Sequence record: NC_042060.1
DNA length: 64,000 nt
Direction: 5' to 3' (one strand)
Each line of letters begins with the position of its first letter. Positions within the stretch are counted from its first letter, which is position 1. Below, one piece after another: positions 10,779-22,941 of the stretch. Under the pieces are notes generated by a model. That model did no database searches. It was not told where the DNA came from and saw nothing but the letters and a program-made list of their open reading frames with translations. Both the position numbers and the translations under genes were made by a program.

Positions 10779-11174
10779 TCAGTATTCCATCGAAGTTAAT
10801 ACTCGATAATGATCTAATAGTAAATCAATAACAGAGTAAAAAGAATCACAGTTGAATTGCGTATCTATATTTGCAGATACTCCAGTAATACGATTGATAA
10901 TATGGAGACACTTAATATCTCCACCACGTTGTCTGATAAAAACAACTGCCCACACTGGCCACGTACTATCTGGTGTGGTGTCTTGAATAACTAATCTGTA
11001 ATACCCATCATTTACTGTTTCAATGGATGCTTGGATTGGATCATCTGTATAAGCCGATTCTACTTGAACATATTGATCATTATAATAAAACATTTCCTTA
11101 ATAAGTTTAGCACAGGCATGTAATGTCTCCATTACCTTAGCTGAACTATTTGGATTATATTGTTGATTAAACAT
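10779..11174 (-). CDS. Hypothetical early protein (gp166 position)
   Basis: 131 aa; GAGG SD; preceded by a TATATTAC promoter. Confidence 0.75.
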   Translation of the reverse strand: MFNQQYNPNSSAKVMETLHACAKLIKEMFYYNDQYVQVESAYTDDPIQASIETVNDGYYRLVIQDTTPDSTWPVWAVVFIRQRGGDIKCLHIINRITGVSANIDTQFNCDSFYSVIDLLLDHYRVLTSMEY

Positions 11175-11208
11175 GTCATTAACCTCTTAAGATATTGTAT
11201 GCATAGTA

Positions 11209-11240
11209 GTAATATATATCTTAATTATTTTTTAGTGTAG
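11209..11240 (-). promoter_or_regulatory. Early promoter with TATATTAC core
   Basis: The minus strand reads ctacactaaaaaataattaagataTATATTAC, with the same upstream A-tract and ttaagat as the other two copies. Confidence 0.75.
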
Positions 11241-11265
11241 TTGTGAAAACTTAGAGGAATATACG

Positions 11266-11442
11266 ATGCCTAGTAAAAGTAAAAAACAACATAACTTCAT
11301 GGCTGCTGTAGCCAATGATAAGAAGTTTGCTAAGAAAGTTGGTGTACCACAATCAGTTGGTAAAGACTTTGTTGAGGCTGATAAAAATAAAAAGAGTTTT
11401 GAAAGTGTTTCACTTAATAGCACTTATAAAGATAGTTACTAA
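11266..11442 (+). CDS. Small basic protein (58 aa), below the ORF-track cutoff
   Basis: Translated by hand: MPSKSKKQHNFMAAVANDKKFAKKVGVPQSVGKDFVEADKNKKSFESVSLNSTYKDSY. It has an AGAGGA SD and its stop abuts a terminator. Confidence 0.75.
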   Translation: MPSKSKKQHNFMAAVANDKKFAKKVGVPQSVGKDFVEADKNKKSFESVSLNSTYKDSY

Positions 11443-11443
11443 T

Positions 11444-11474
11444 ATAATGCCCTCCCATTGCGGGAGGGCTTATG
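11444..11474. terminator. Bidirectional hairpin terminator, gccctccc family
   Basis: GCCCTCCC attgc GGGAGGGC ttatg between convergent genes. Confidence 0.8.
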
Positions 11475-11484
11475 TTGCTTATAA

Positions 11485-13977
11485 TTATTTTAATACTAGA
11501 TTTTTATTAAATACTTCTGGAGTACTAATATTAGCTGGATCAAGTACAATAAATTCAGCTTGGTTAAATGCACCGTGTGTTGATTCAAAGTGGCTGATGA
11601 AGAACACTTGATTAACAATGCCATTTTCAATTAACCTGTTAATGAATGGAATAGCATTGGCTCGATGTTGTTCATCAAAAGTCCTGCTAAATTCATCTAA
11701 GAAAAGGGGCATGTCATCTAGATGTAAAAATTTCAAGATAGCCATTCTAAAAGCAAAATCAACAATCTCTAATTGTGAGTCAGACCCGTATTCAATGTCC
11801 GGTGGCTGAACGTCACCACCTGCAATATGCATTGGGAACTTATAATCCATGCCATCTTTGTCAACATTAGAAGGTAATACTTCTAACCTATAAGTCCAAA
11901 TCTCATTGATGTATGCATTTACTAGTTTAACTACTCCTTGTAAGAAACCTAATAAATAGCGACCAAGAATACCACTTTTTGGTGATAATGCTTTTTCAAG
12001 AATAGCTAAATCAGTAGCCATTTGTTGTGCATGGTTAACTTCTGATTCTAAAACTTTAATACGTTCTTCATGACGTTCCATTTCACTTAAACGACTATGC
12101 ACACTAGATAGTTCTAAGTTAACAGCATCAATCTCTGCTTGGTATGCCTTATCTACAAAGTTATCAGCTGTATCCACTATCTTTTTAATAAACTGCTCCC
12201 ATCGTTCAATAAAAGAATGATACTTATCTTCCCATTCACGAATAGCATTACCAGCTTTATTGAAATGAGATGCTTTTCTTTGTAAGTCAGCTGCTACATG
12301 TGTTTTATTATTAATTTCAGTTTCTAGTGCAGTTGTACGTGCCTTAATGAACCCTAATGCATCTTGATCCATCTCAGCAATAACACGTAGTCGTTGAGCT
12401 AATAAAGTAGCTTCCGCATGAGCTTGCTTAGAGACAATGAGTTGCTGCATTGCATCTCGCCAGTCTAATGCATCATTTATATATTTTGCTGGTGTGCGAT
12501 ACATTACGACATGTTCAGCTACATAGTTCCATAATGTATCAAATTCGTTATACTCTTTCGTTAATTGAACGTAGCCATGTACATAACTTACATATTCATT
12601 GAAGTCAGTCATGTACTGTTCAAGAACCTTGATCTCATTTGAACAGCTATCCATCGCTTCATCTAACTTAGCTTTGCGCTCTTCTGCTATTGTGATATCT
12701 TGTTCACTAACACCAGGTTTAAATGAATGAGTGCATGATGGGCAAGTAATAGATGCGCATTCCTTAAATGAATTTAGGCGTTGATTAATTTGTAAATACA
12801 TGCCTTCCATGGTTGAGTATTTACTTTTTAATTCTTTTAGCCTTTCTGCATTTTTAATAGCAGTTTCTTTACTTAAGTAACCATTCTCATTATTAGGAAA
12901 TGTAGTGAGAAGTTTGATCCAACGATCTGAGAGATCAGTAAGTTTACCAGATGGATCACCGTTAACAGAAATGTCAACCAAAGGAAATCTACCGGTATAC
13001 TTCTTATATTTACTAATAGCTTCTTCAGCAATGCGTGTATGATGTTCATGTCTGTCCTTAAGTTCTTGTATTTCTTCTGGAGACATACGTTCAGCTGTAT
13101 TCGGATTAGAGCTTTTTAATTCTTCTAATTCTTCAACTAAACGTGCAATAACTGCTTGTATAGATTTATATTCTTCAATCTTCTTATTATTTAGTTCTAA
13201 GAAAGATTCATACCCATCTACTTTAACTTGAATAGGTAACATTGGAAATGACATTAACAATGAACGAGCTTCATCTAAGATAGAATCTAATTCTTTACGT
13301 GCAGTGGTTTCATCTCTAAAATGAAGGACACCTTTCTTATCACGTGTTTTATAAAGTAAATCAATACGACTAACTAACCGTTGTTTCACTTCTTTCAACT
13401 GTGTCATTTCTGAATCATTCAATACCCCATGGTGTTCTGTGACCAATCGCTTATTAATTGTTTTAACAGTACCTTGCTGGTTAGATAATTCTTTACGTAC
13501 TTTGTTATAAACATTAAATGCATAATCAAGGTTAACTACAGACATTCTAGTTAACCATGCTTTACGTTCATTAGGTTTTAACTTTGTAAAACGCATCTTA
13601 CCTGTCAACATTTCATGCAGTTCTCGGTTTAACCCGAAATGCGCCATTACAAGTTCTTCTTGTTCTTTAAAGGTATGACCACTATTTAATTCTTCATCAT
13701 TACATAAAAAGGAATGATGTCCAGTGCCACGGTTATATTTAGAAATTAATTTATAGTCTTTACCATTTGCATGACAATGGAAATGTTTCTCGCCACCTTG
13801 CTTGAAGTTTGAACTGCTAGATACAACAGGTGTCAGTTCACTAATAATAGATGATTTGCCAGAACCATTACTACCAAGTATAACCATCATCTGTTTGCTT
13901 GGAGTCCATTCAAAATAATGTGTATTATTGGCCATCAACCTAGTATAGCCAATTAGCTTAAGTAGCTTGATCTGCAT
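11485..13977 (-). CDS. sbcC: SbcC/Rad50-like SMC ATPase
   Basis: Walker A GSNGSGKSS, long coiled coil, central CPSC zinc hook and Walker B LFLDE (phiKZ gp165). Confidence 0.9.
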   Translation of the reverse strand: MQIKLLKLIGYTRLMANNTHYFEWTPSKQMMVILGSNGSGKSSIISELTPVVSSSSNFKQGGEKHFHCHANGKDYKLISKYNRGTGHHSFLCNDEELNSGHTFKEQEELVMAHFGLNRELHEMLTGKMRFTKLKPNERKAWLTRMSVVNLDYAFNVYNKVRKELSNQQGTVKTINKRLVTEHHGVLNDSEMTQLKEVKQRLVSRIDLLYKTRDKKGVLHFRDETTARKELDSILDEARSLLMSFPMLPIQVKVDGYESFLELNNKKIEEYKSIQAVIARLVEELEELKSSNPNTAERMSPEEIQELKDRHEHHTRIAEEAISKYKKYTGRFPLVDISVNGDPSGKLTDLSDRWIKLLTTFPNNENGYLSKETAIKNAERLKELKSKYSTMEGMYLQINQRLNSFKECASITCPSCTHSFKPGVSEQDITIAEERKAKLDEAMDSCSNEIKVLEQYMTDFNEYVSYVHGYVQLTKEYNEFDTLWNYVAEHVVMYRTPAKYINDALDWRDAMQQLIVSKQAHAEATLLAQRLRVIAEMDQDALGFIKARTTALETEINNKTHVAADLQRKASHFNKAGNAIREWEDKYHSFIERWEQFIKKIVDTADNFVDKAYQAEIDAVNLELSSVHSRLSEMERHEERIKVLESEVNHAQQMATDLAILEKALSPKSGILGRYLLGFLQGVVKLVNAYINEIWTYRLEVLPSNVDKDGMDYKFPMHIAGGDVQPPDIEYGSDSQLEIVDFAFRMAILKFLHLDDMPLFLDEFSRTFDEQHRANAIPFINRLIENGIVNQVFFISHFESTHGAFNQAEFIVLDPANISTPEVFNKNLVLK

Positions 13978-14026
13978 GATTAACCCTTAATAATGTCTTA
14001 CTCTATAGAGTTAATAACCCTAGTAA

Positions 14027-15199
<1,173 letters not shown>

Positions 15200-15203
15200 A
15201 GAA

Positions 15204-15235
15204 CATAATGCCCTCCCACTATGGGAGGGCTTATG
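15204..15235. terminator. Bidirectional hairpin terminator, gccctccc family
   Basis: cataatGCCCTCCC actat GGGAGGGCttatg between convergent genes. Confidence 0.8.
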
Positions 15236-15238
15236 CTG

Positions 15239-16426
15239 TTAAATACCTTCATTCTCATAATGAGTAATGCAGTGACTAACAAATGTTAACCAGACTTTAA
15301 GAGTTACTGCTAACCAATGGGTGTAGTTACCAACAGGTTCTGCTAATTTTCGGGATATCTCAGCGAGCATATTAATTGCCTCGCCATTTGCCCTTCCCAA
15401 TAACTCACTACGTTCAGCTAGCTGTCGAATTGAATCATCTACAACTACCTTAACTGTTTTATATTCTACTTCGCCTTGTTTAGCACGTTCAGCGATCGTT
15501 AAAATATTAGCAATACCAGTTACAATATCACTTAGCGTAGTTACAGAAGGTACTTCTATATCTCGTTCAGTGCTATCAATTGCATTGATTTGTAACTCTG
15601 TAAATTCCATTGTAAATGTATTGCGAACCATTTCTAGTGCAGATTGTTTATTAGTAACTGATGTAGCTATATGGTCAGCATCAGTATAAACAAATGCACG
15701 ATTAGCTGGTAAAATATAACTTCTATGGGTACCAGTAGAAGTAGTCTCACCTTTCTTTAATGGCTCATCCCCTGGCGGCGCTTTAAAATCACGACGCACT
15801 ATATCGGCAAAAGATTGTAATAACTCATCAATGATTTCTGTAGTGGTATCTTCGCCTTGATTATCTAAGATATTCAATGCTTGTCTACTAATATTTCGAG
15901 CAATATTAGAAGTCATTTTAGGATAAGTCATTAAAATATAATTAGTGACTTCTTTGATATCTAAAAGATTATCTGGTCGATCACCAATGAATTCACCGTT
16001 AATAGATAATCGCTGTAAACCAGAAACAGTCAATCGAGTATTAGTAGTACGATTACCTAGTTTTGCAAGTCGCCTAGATAACTTTTGCTGTGTTTTACGC
16101 ACATGTGAAATGCTGCCAGTAAACTTGACGTAGAATGCCGTAAGTGTTTCGATTACCATCCGCACAATATCGCGTGCAGCCTTAGCAGCTCGAACTAATG
16201 CATCTTTTAAAGCACGTAGTGTAATTATACCGCCTTCTTTTATGGAGAAGGCGGGATCGATACTTTCTAAAGCAAATGACATCGCTTTAGACAGGTCTTC
16301 AGATGCTACGTCACGTCCATCTAGCAGATCTTGATAACGAGCTAATCGATGGCGATATGCTTCAACAGAAACAATAGCCTCTTTGAGTTCATTATTGGTA
16401 ATTAATAGTTCTGCATATGTGGACAT
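15239..16426 (-). CDS. gp163: Internal head protein, phiKZ inner-body/ejection paralog family
   Basis: N-terminal propeptide with an S/A/G-x-E protease site (FALE-S); similar to the neighbouring paralog. Confidence 0.8.
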   Translation of the reverse strand: MSTYAELLITNNELKEAIVSVEAYRHRLARYQDLLDGRDVASEDLSKAMSFALESIDPAFSIKEGGIITLRALKDALVRAAKAARDIVRMVIETLTAFYVKFTGSISHVRKTQQKLSRRLAKLGNRTTNTRLTVSGLQRLSINGEFIGDRPDNLLDIKEVTNYILMTYPKMTSNIARNISRQALNILDNQGEDTTTEIIDELLQSFADIVRRDFKAPPGDEPLKKGETTSTGTHRSYILPANRAFVYTDADHIATSVTNKQSALEMVRNTFTMEFTELQINAIDSTERDIEVPSVTTLSDIVTGIANILTIAERAKQGEVEYKTVKVVVDDSIRQLAERSELLGRANGEAINMLAEISRKLAEPVGNYTHWLAVTLKVWLTFVSHCITHYENEGI

Positions 16427-16435
16427 TATGTTTAC

Positions 16436-18004
16436 CTATTCAGTTTCCTTGATTTCACTATCAACTAGTTTCTCAAGTACGGTGATCCAGATCATCACAC
16501 ATTTAAACAGATCATTACTAGCTTCAGTGGTGCCAGTTAGATAAGCCTTACCAACATTGGTTGCTTCTTTATCAGTCATCTGTGCAATGATTTCAGCAGT
16601 TGACTCTTTAGAGATACCGCGAATATTATTTAGATGATTTAGGAGGTTATGAACTGCTTTTAGCTGAGCCATAACAACATTCTTATCAACTAATAGTTCA
16701 ACAGTAATTCCATAGTTGGGTTTACCCGGTGCATCAAGAATGGAGAAGTCTACCGCAGCTTTGTCTTTACCAAAGGTATAAACACGATTACCGGGCACAA
16801 CCGGGCTAGCATATCGGACACCATTAGCATTAATTTTGGTAGCTGTTCCAAACATACCTTTAGCTAAAGCCAGTGCTTTATCATCAGTTGTTTTTCCAGC
16901 TAAGGCTGCTTTAAGAGCACGCAGTCCATTCTTTTCAATGCTGTCAAATAGATTACGGATTACAGTAACCCCCTGAACAGGGTCTACACCAACCCAACTC
17001 TCACCAGTGTCACCTAGAATCAGATCGCGTGGAATTGCGATAGTACGAACTTCATCGGGTAGTTCATTCTCTTTAACGCGTTTCATGATCTTATTAACGC
17101 GTTCTATTTGATTACTGACATTCTGGCGAATACGTTGATAAGTTTCTACAACAATGCGAATTAGCTTCTTAATGAAATCTAATGCAACAGTAGATACTTC
17201 TTTTGCTTTAGCTTGTAGATTATCTAATACTTCAATAGAAGCTTTAGGCCGAGTTAGCGGTGATATAAAGGATTCCATTGATGGCACAGTGTTATTAAAA
17301 TATTTATAGTCAAATGACTCTAGCGCGATGCTAATAGCTTTAGCTAGATCATGATCGACATCATGCCCGCGATGATGGCGGTTACTAACTAAACCAATAT
17401 AGTTTTCTAATGCAGTTTGAACAGATTCTACTTTAGTCAGTTCATTTACAATTGTAAACATTTCAACTGATAATGATTCTAGATGATCATCTAGTTCACC
17501 AGTGATGATATCTTCAGTAGTTTCCAGTAGTGCGGTGGCATCATAGCCATGGTCTAGCTGCTCAGTCTCATTGGCTTCCATAATAGAAATGTCTTCATTC
17601 GATGGGACATCTGCAATTTGGTGTGGTTTTTTGGTACTAACATTAAGATCTTTAGTATCACTTACTTTAGTGATCATTTCATCAGCTGTTTCAGTGATTT
17701 CGTTTTCAACACGATCACCTTTAGCTACTTGGAATTCTTTTAGCCCTTGACTAACATGAATCTTCTTATCATTGATCTTATCAGCAGTTCCATCAACATC
17801 TGGACCTTTGCATACGTCAATTGGGGTATTGGTAACGACATTGGTAACTTCATCACATGGATTTACTTTACCATCTTCATCATCTTTTAATTGTTCTGGT
17901 AATTCTTTACCAACATCAAGATTGACATTCTTATCTTCAGCATCAGAAACGCGCTCAAGACTTGCAAAGAAATCCATTGCGGGAACTGTTTTTTTCTTAG
18001 CCAT
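16436..18004 (-). CDS. gp162: Internal head protein with long acidic propeptide
   Basis: Multiple S/A-x-E sites (ASLE, SIME, TALE, IALE, PSME); paralog of the next gene. Confidence 0.82.
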   Translation of the reverse strand: MAKKKTVPAMDFFASLERVSDAEDKNVNLDVGKELPEQLKDDEDGKVNPCDEVTNVVTNTPIDVCKGPDVDGTADKINDKKIHVSQGLKEFQVAKGDRVENEITETADEMITKVSDTKDLNVSTKKPHQIADVPSNEDISIMEANETEQLDHGYDATALLETTEDIITGELDDHLESLSVEMFTIVNELTKVESVQTALENYIGLVSNRHHRGHDVDHDLAKAISIALESFDYKYFNNTVPSMESFISPLTRPKASIEVLDNLQAKAKEVSTVALDFIKKLIRIVVETYQRIRQNVSNQIERVNKIMKRVKENELPDEVRTIAIPRDLILGDTGESWVGVDPVQGVTVIRNLFDSIEKNGLRALKAALAGKTTDDKALALAKGMFGTATKINANGVRYASPVVPGNRVYTFGKDKAAVDFSILDAPGKPNYGITVELLVDKNVVMAQLKAVHNLLNHLNNIRGISKESTAEIIAQMTDKEATNVGKAYLTGTTEASNDLFKCVMIWITVLEKLVDSEIKETE

Positions 18005-18039
18005 TTTAAAACTCCGGAGTATTAAAGTTCATAAGGTTG

Positions 18040-18699
<660 letters not shown>

Positions 18700-18740
18700 T
18701 CATTCAATTGAGCACTATAGTTACTTTAAGACGAAATAAT

Positions 18741-18768
18741 AGCGGATCCACTTTAAAGCAGATCCGCT
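18741..18768 (-). terminator. Hairpin, possible terminator
   Basis: agcggatc/gatccgct 8-bp inverted repeat just after the 157-aa gene. Confidence 0.5.
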
Positions 18769-18773
18769 TTAAA

Positions 18774-19247
18774 TTAAAATGCTTGACCAGGACAAACCCA
18801 AATATAATCACCAGTTGTTTGGCCATTAGGTCTGACTAATATAAATCGTTGTCCAACCGTACCGCGCACAGAAGCATCTTCAAATGGAAAACCTCTAGGT
18901 ATAACTAATTTACCATCTTTGTCTTGTGCCCAAAAACTTAATGAGTCCCTAGTCTCTTTGCCATTAATAGGATCTTTTTCATAGAAACTCAATACGAAAG
19001 TAAATCCATTTGGCAATGATGTATTATATTTAATAACAGTGCCAATAAATGTAGGTGTTGTTGGTGATGATACATATCCATCTTCTTCTTTAAAGATAAT
19101 GTTAGTATCAAAATAATCTTTAACATCTAACAGATTATAAATAACATCATCTCCATAAAGAGGGTGTTTCATTTTTAATGGATATTTATTTATTGTTGTG
19201 TAAAATGCACCAGGAATGAAATTATCACATTTTGATGTATCTGCCAT
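18774..19247 (-). CDS. Hypothetical beta-rich protein (gp160 position)
   Basis: 157-aa ORF, translationally coupled in an operon. Confidence 0.7.
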   Translation of the reverse strand: MADTSKCDNFIPGAFYTTINKYPLKMKHPLYGDDVIYNLLDVKDYFDTNIIFKEEDGYVSSPTTPTFIGTVIKYNTSLPNGFTFVLSFYEKDPINGKETRDSLSFWAQDKDGKLVIPRGFPFEDASVRGTVGQRFILVRPNGQTTGDYIWVCPGQAF

Positions 19248-19250
19248 GAT

Positions 19251-19655
19251 TTACTCCTGTACATCCGTCATTACACGTCCTTCGATAGACCAGTATAATT
19301 CATTTTCTAATGAATCATAAACCGTTCTATATTCACATGCCTCACCTTTGTTTAATTGACAGTCAACTTTGAATACACGGTTACCAACTAAACGATTACC
19401 ATAAGCACGAATCACCAATAATCCATTTGTCTTATTAGCAATAGTAAATACATATTTACCTTTTTTAGTATCATAGGCAGTAGCTGGTAAATTTACTATA
19501 AATGGACTATCTGAATTATCATTATCAGTATAATTAGGATCTTCAACGATAATGTGCGCATTAAGATAAGTTGAGTCAATATCAAACTTACGTCCAGTTG
19601 CTTTAGACGTGTCAATTACTTTCATAGGTGGGTAGATATAACAGAATTCGCTCAT
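19251..19655 (-). CDS. Hypothetical protein resembling a fibre C-terminal beta-domain (gp159 position)
   Basis: Start at 19655 gives an ATGA overlap; the NLPA...FTIANKTN...L pattern also occurs in the C-terminal half of the upstream gene. Confidence 0.6.
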   Translation of the reverse strand: MSEFCYIYPPMKVIDTSKATGRKFDIDSTYLNAHIIVEDPNYTDNDNSDSPFIVNLPATAYDTKKGKYVFTIANKTNGLLVIRAYGNRLVGNRVFKVDCQLNKGEACEYRTVYDSLENELYWSIEGRVMTDVQE

Positions 19656-20602
19656 GATTGCATCCACCATGACAGACCAAGTGTATACATCGCTTTAGTT
19701 GTTTCATTATAACAGATAAATCGAGTATAGCCATTATTAGGTAAGAAACCAGTACTTGTATACATTGGCCTAATGATACTCTGTTGATAAGCAGTAGCTA
19801 TATCAACATCTTCATTAGTTAAATTCAGTATTCGATATTCAGCACCAGCCTTAAGTTTCTCGCTATTGCCAGAAGGTAGTATAACACCTTTAGGTGACTC
19901 TGCTATTTGAGCACCATCTGGTTTAGGCATTAGTACCAATAGCCTACCTATAGCTTGATCATAAGGCGGACAAATCCAATTACCAAATTTACCTGTTTCA
20001 TTATCAACTGTAATTGTAAATGGTACAAGCAATTGCGGGAATATCTGATAGCCATCTGTTGGTTCTGGATCAGGATCTGGATCTGGGTCCGGCGGATCAG
20101 GGTCAACATCACCACCTGAATGTAACCATAGATTTAACCATCCTCTCCACCATAGTGATGAATCAATAGCTTTAAATAAAAAGTTTGGTTGTTTCTTACC
20201 ACCGGTATACGTTATATTAGATATTTCTAACCATATGTCACTAGCAGTAAAATTTAATTTAGCTTTATTAGCAACATACGCAACTAAAGCTTCGCTATTT
20301 TTTAATCCTTGAACAACCGTTACTTCCGATGCTGTCCAATATGGATTTTTAATATAATCATTAACATTAAAACGATTATAAAGAAAGTCGTAATAAACAG
20401 CACTATTAGTTGCATCTTTTTGAATACGAACAAATGCCCTATTAGGCTCATCGATAGTTGCACTATCCATTACCATTACGATAATGGACTTATCTTCAGA
20501 TAAACCTAAATCCGGATATGCTGTTGTAACTGCTTTGAAGAAACCTATTCGTGGATCTTGTCCACGCGGGTTATCCGCCAGATTAAGAGTGAATCTACGC
20601 AT
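19652..20602 (-). CDS. Probable virion protein with paralogous N-domain, DP-repeat linker and C-domain (gp158 position)
   Basis: N-domain aligns by eye with the gp143/gp127/gp126-position proteins; linker DPDPPDPDPDPDPEP. Confidence 0.7.
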   Translation of the reverse strand: MRRFTLNLADNPRGQDPRIGFFKAVTTAYPDLGLSEDKSIIVMVMDSATIDEPNRAFVRIQKDATNSAVYYDFLYNRFNVNDYIKNPYWTASEVTVVQGLKNSEALVAYVANKAKLNFTASDIWLEISNITYTGGKKQPNFLFKAIDSSLWWRGWLNLWLHSGGDVDPDPPDPDPDPDPEPTDGYQIFPQLLVPFTITVDNETGKFGNWICPPYDQAIGRLLVLMPKPDGAQIAESPKGVILPSGNSEKLKAGAEYRILNLTNEDVDIATAYQQSIIRPMYTSTGFLPNNGYTRFICYNETTKAMYTLGLSWWMQS

Positions 20603-20626
20603 TGCGCCACCTTTAGATTAATATAA

Positions 20627-20646
20627 GAGAGGGCCTTTGCCCTCTC
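20627..20646. terminator. Hairpin terminator
   Basis: gagagggc cttt gccctctc between the 445-aa and 316-aa genes. Confidence 0.65.
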
Positions 20647-20657
20647 TCATTTATGCA

Positions 20658-21998
<1,341 letters not shown>

Positions 21999-22173
21999 TT
22001 AATCCTCATAATTAGAGCGCGATGGGTTTCCATCTATAAAATCAGTCTGTTCTAGTTGTGTTAAAATAAAAAGTCTGGTATTATGAGCTTTACGTAATAC
22101 CCTTGTAACAGTCTATTGATAGAAATGCCAATACTGGCTTTTATGGGTAGGCATAGTACTAACAGAGGTCATC

Positions 22174-22464
22174 ATGCTCGGTTTGACTATTAAAGCCTTG
22201 CTCTTCGTTTGGCCATTCCTTAAGAGGGCTATCTTTGGTGATAGAACAATTAAGGAAGTGTTGCTGGAAAACAAACATGTCACGGCAATGTTAATCCTAG
22301 TTGTAATATTACTAGGTACCTTATTCATAGTGACTAGTGAGTTGAAGTCAGTTAAAGCAAGCAACTGGGCCGTTAAAGCCGAAATGGATCGACTCAAGAA
22401 AATGACGCCTGAGAAGGCTGAAATGCTTGAGCGCCGCCGTCGTTTAAATGACTTGCTAAAGTAA
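22174..22464 (+). CDS. Inner-membrane protein (1 clear TM plus coiled coil); i-spanin- or holin-like
   Basis: VTAMLILVVILLGTLFIV TM followed by a charged helix; AGAGGT SD. Confidence 0.65.
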   Translation: MLGLTIKALLFVWPFLKRAIFGDRTIKEVLLENKHVTAMLILVVILLGTLFIVTSELKSVKASNWAVKAEMDRLKKMTPEKAEMLERRRRLNDLLK

Positions 22465-22484
22465 GTACCAAATTGGTGGATCAC

Positions 22485-22886
22485 ATGTCAAGAAAGTTCT
22501 TTCTAATACTCCTACCACTTATCAGTGGCTGTGTTTATACGCCACATGAGTACCACACGCACAACACGACTGTGGTCCAATATGAGCACTCCTCTTCTAC
22601 AGATGATCATACATCTGTTGTTACAACTAAAGAAGAGGTAATACAAAAAGTTCTGCCTACACCTAAAAAATATAGTAAGGATACTAGTAAGAAGTGTATG
22701 GTTTTCGAACTACCAAGAAAGAAACCGGTACCGCCAACACCGATTATTACAGAGTTTATAGAAACTCCGGAACAAATCGATATCTTGTTGACTGACTATA
22801 TAAAAGAATTAAAGTCACATATTGTATCTGAGCGCGCTAAAATTGAGCAAGCATATGAAGAATGGCGTGCAAAGTGTGATGAGTAA
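22485..22886 (+). CDS. Lipoprotein, o-spanin-like (gp156 position)
   Basis: Start at 22485 gives MSRK-FFLILLPL-ISG/C (lipobox Cys16); Pro-rich segment, C-terminal helix and two further Cys. Confidence 0.7.
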   Translation: MSRKFFLILLPLISGCVYTPHEYHTHNTTVVQYEHSSSTDDHTSVVTTKEEVIQKVLPTPKKYSKDTSKKCMVFELPRKKPVPPTPIITEFIETPEQIDILLTDYIKELKSHIVSERAKIEQAYEEWRAKCDE

Positions 22887-22941
22887 TTTACTTGCTAGAA
22901 TTATTATCTAGTTTAGTAATCGATCACATGAGGAAACAATA

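Noticed and set aside
11315-11611. 98-aa + strand ORF
   Set aside because: It runs through a terminator and antisense into sbcC. The 58-aa ORF in another frame has the SD and terminator support.
22113-22484. 123-aa minus-strand ORF
   Set aside because: It is antisense to the TM protein gene, which has the better SD and protein features.
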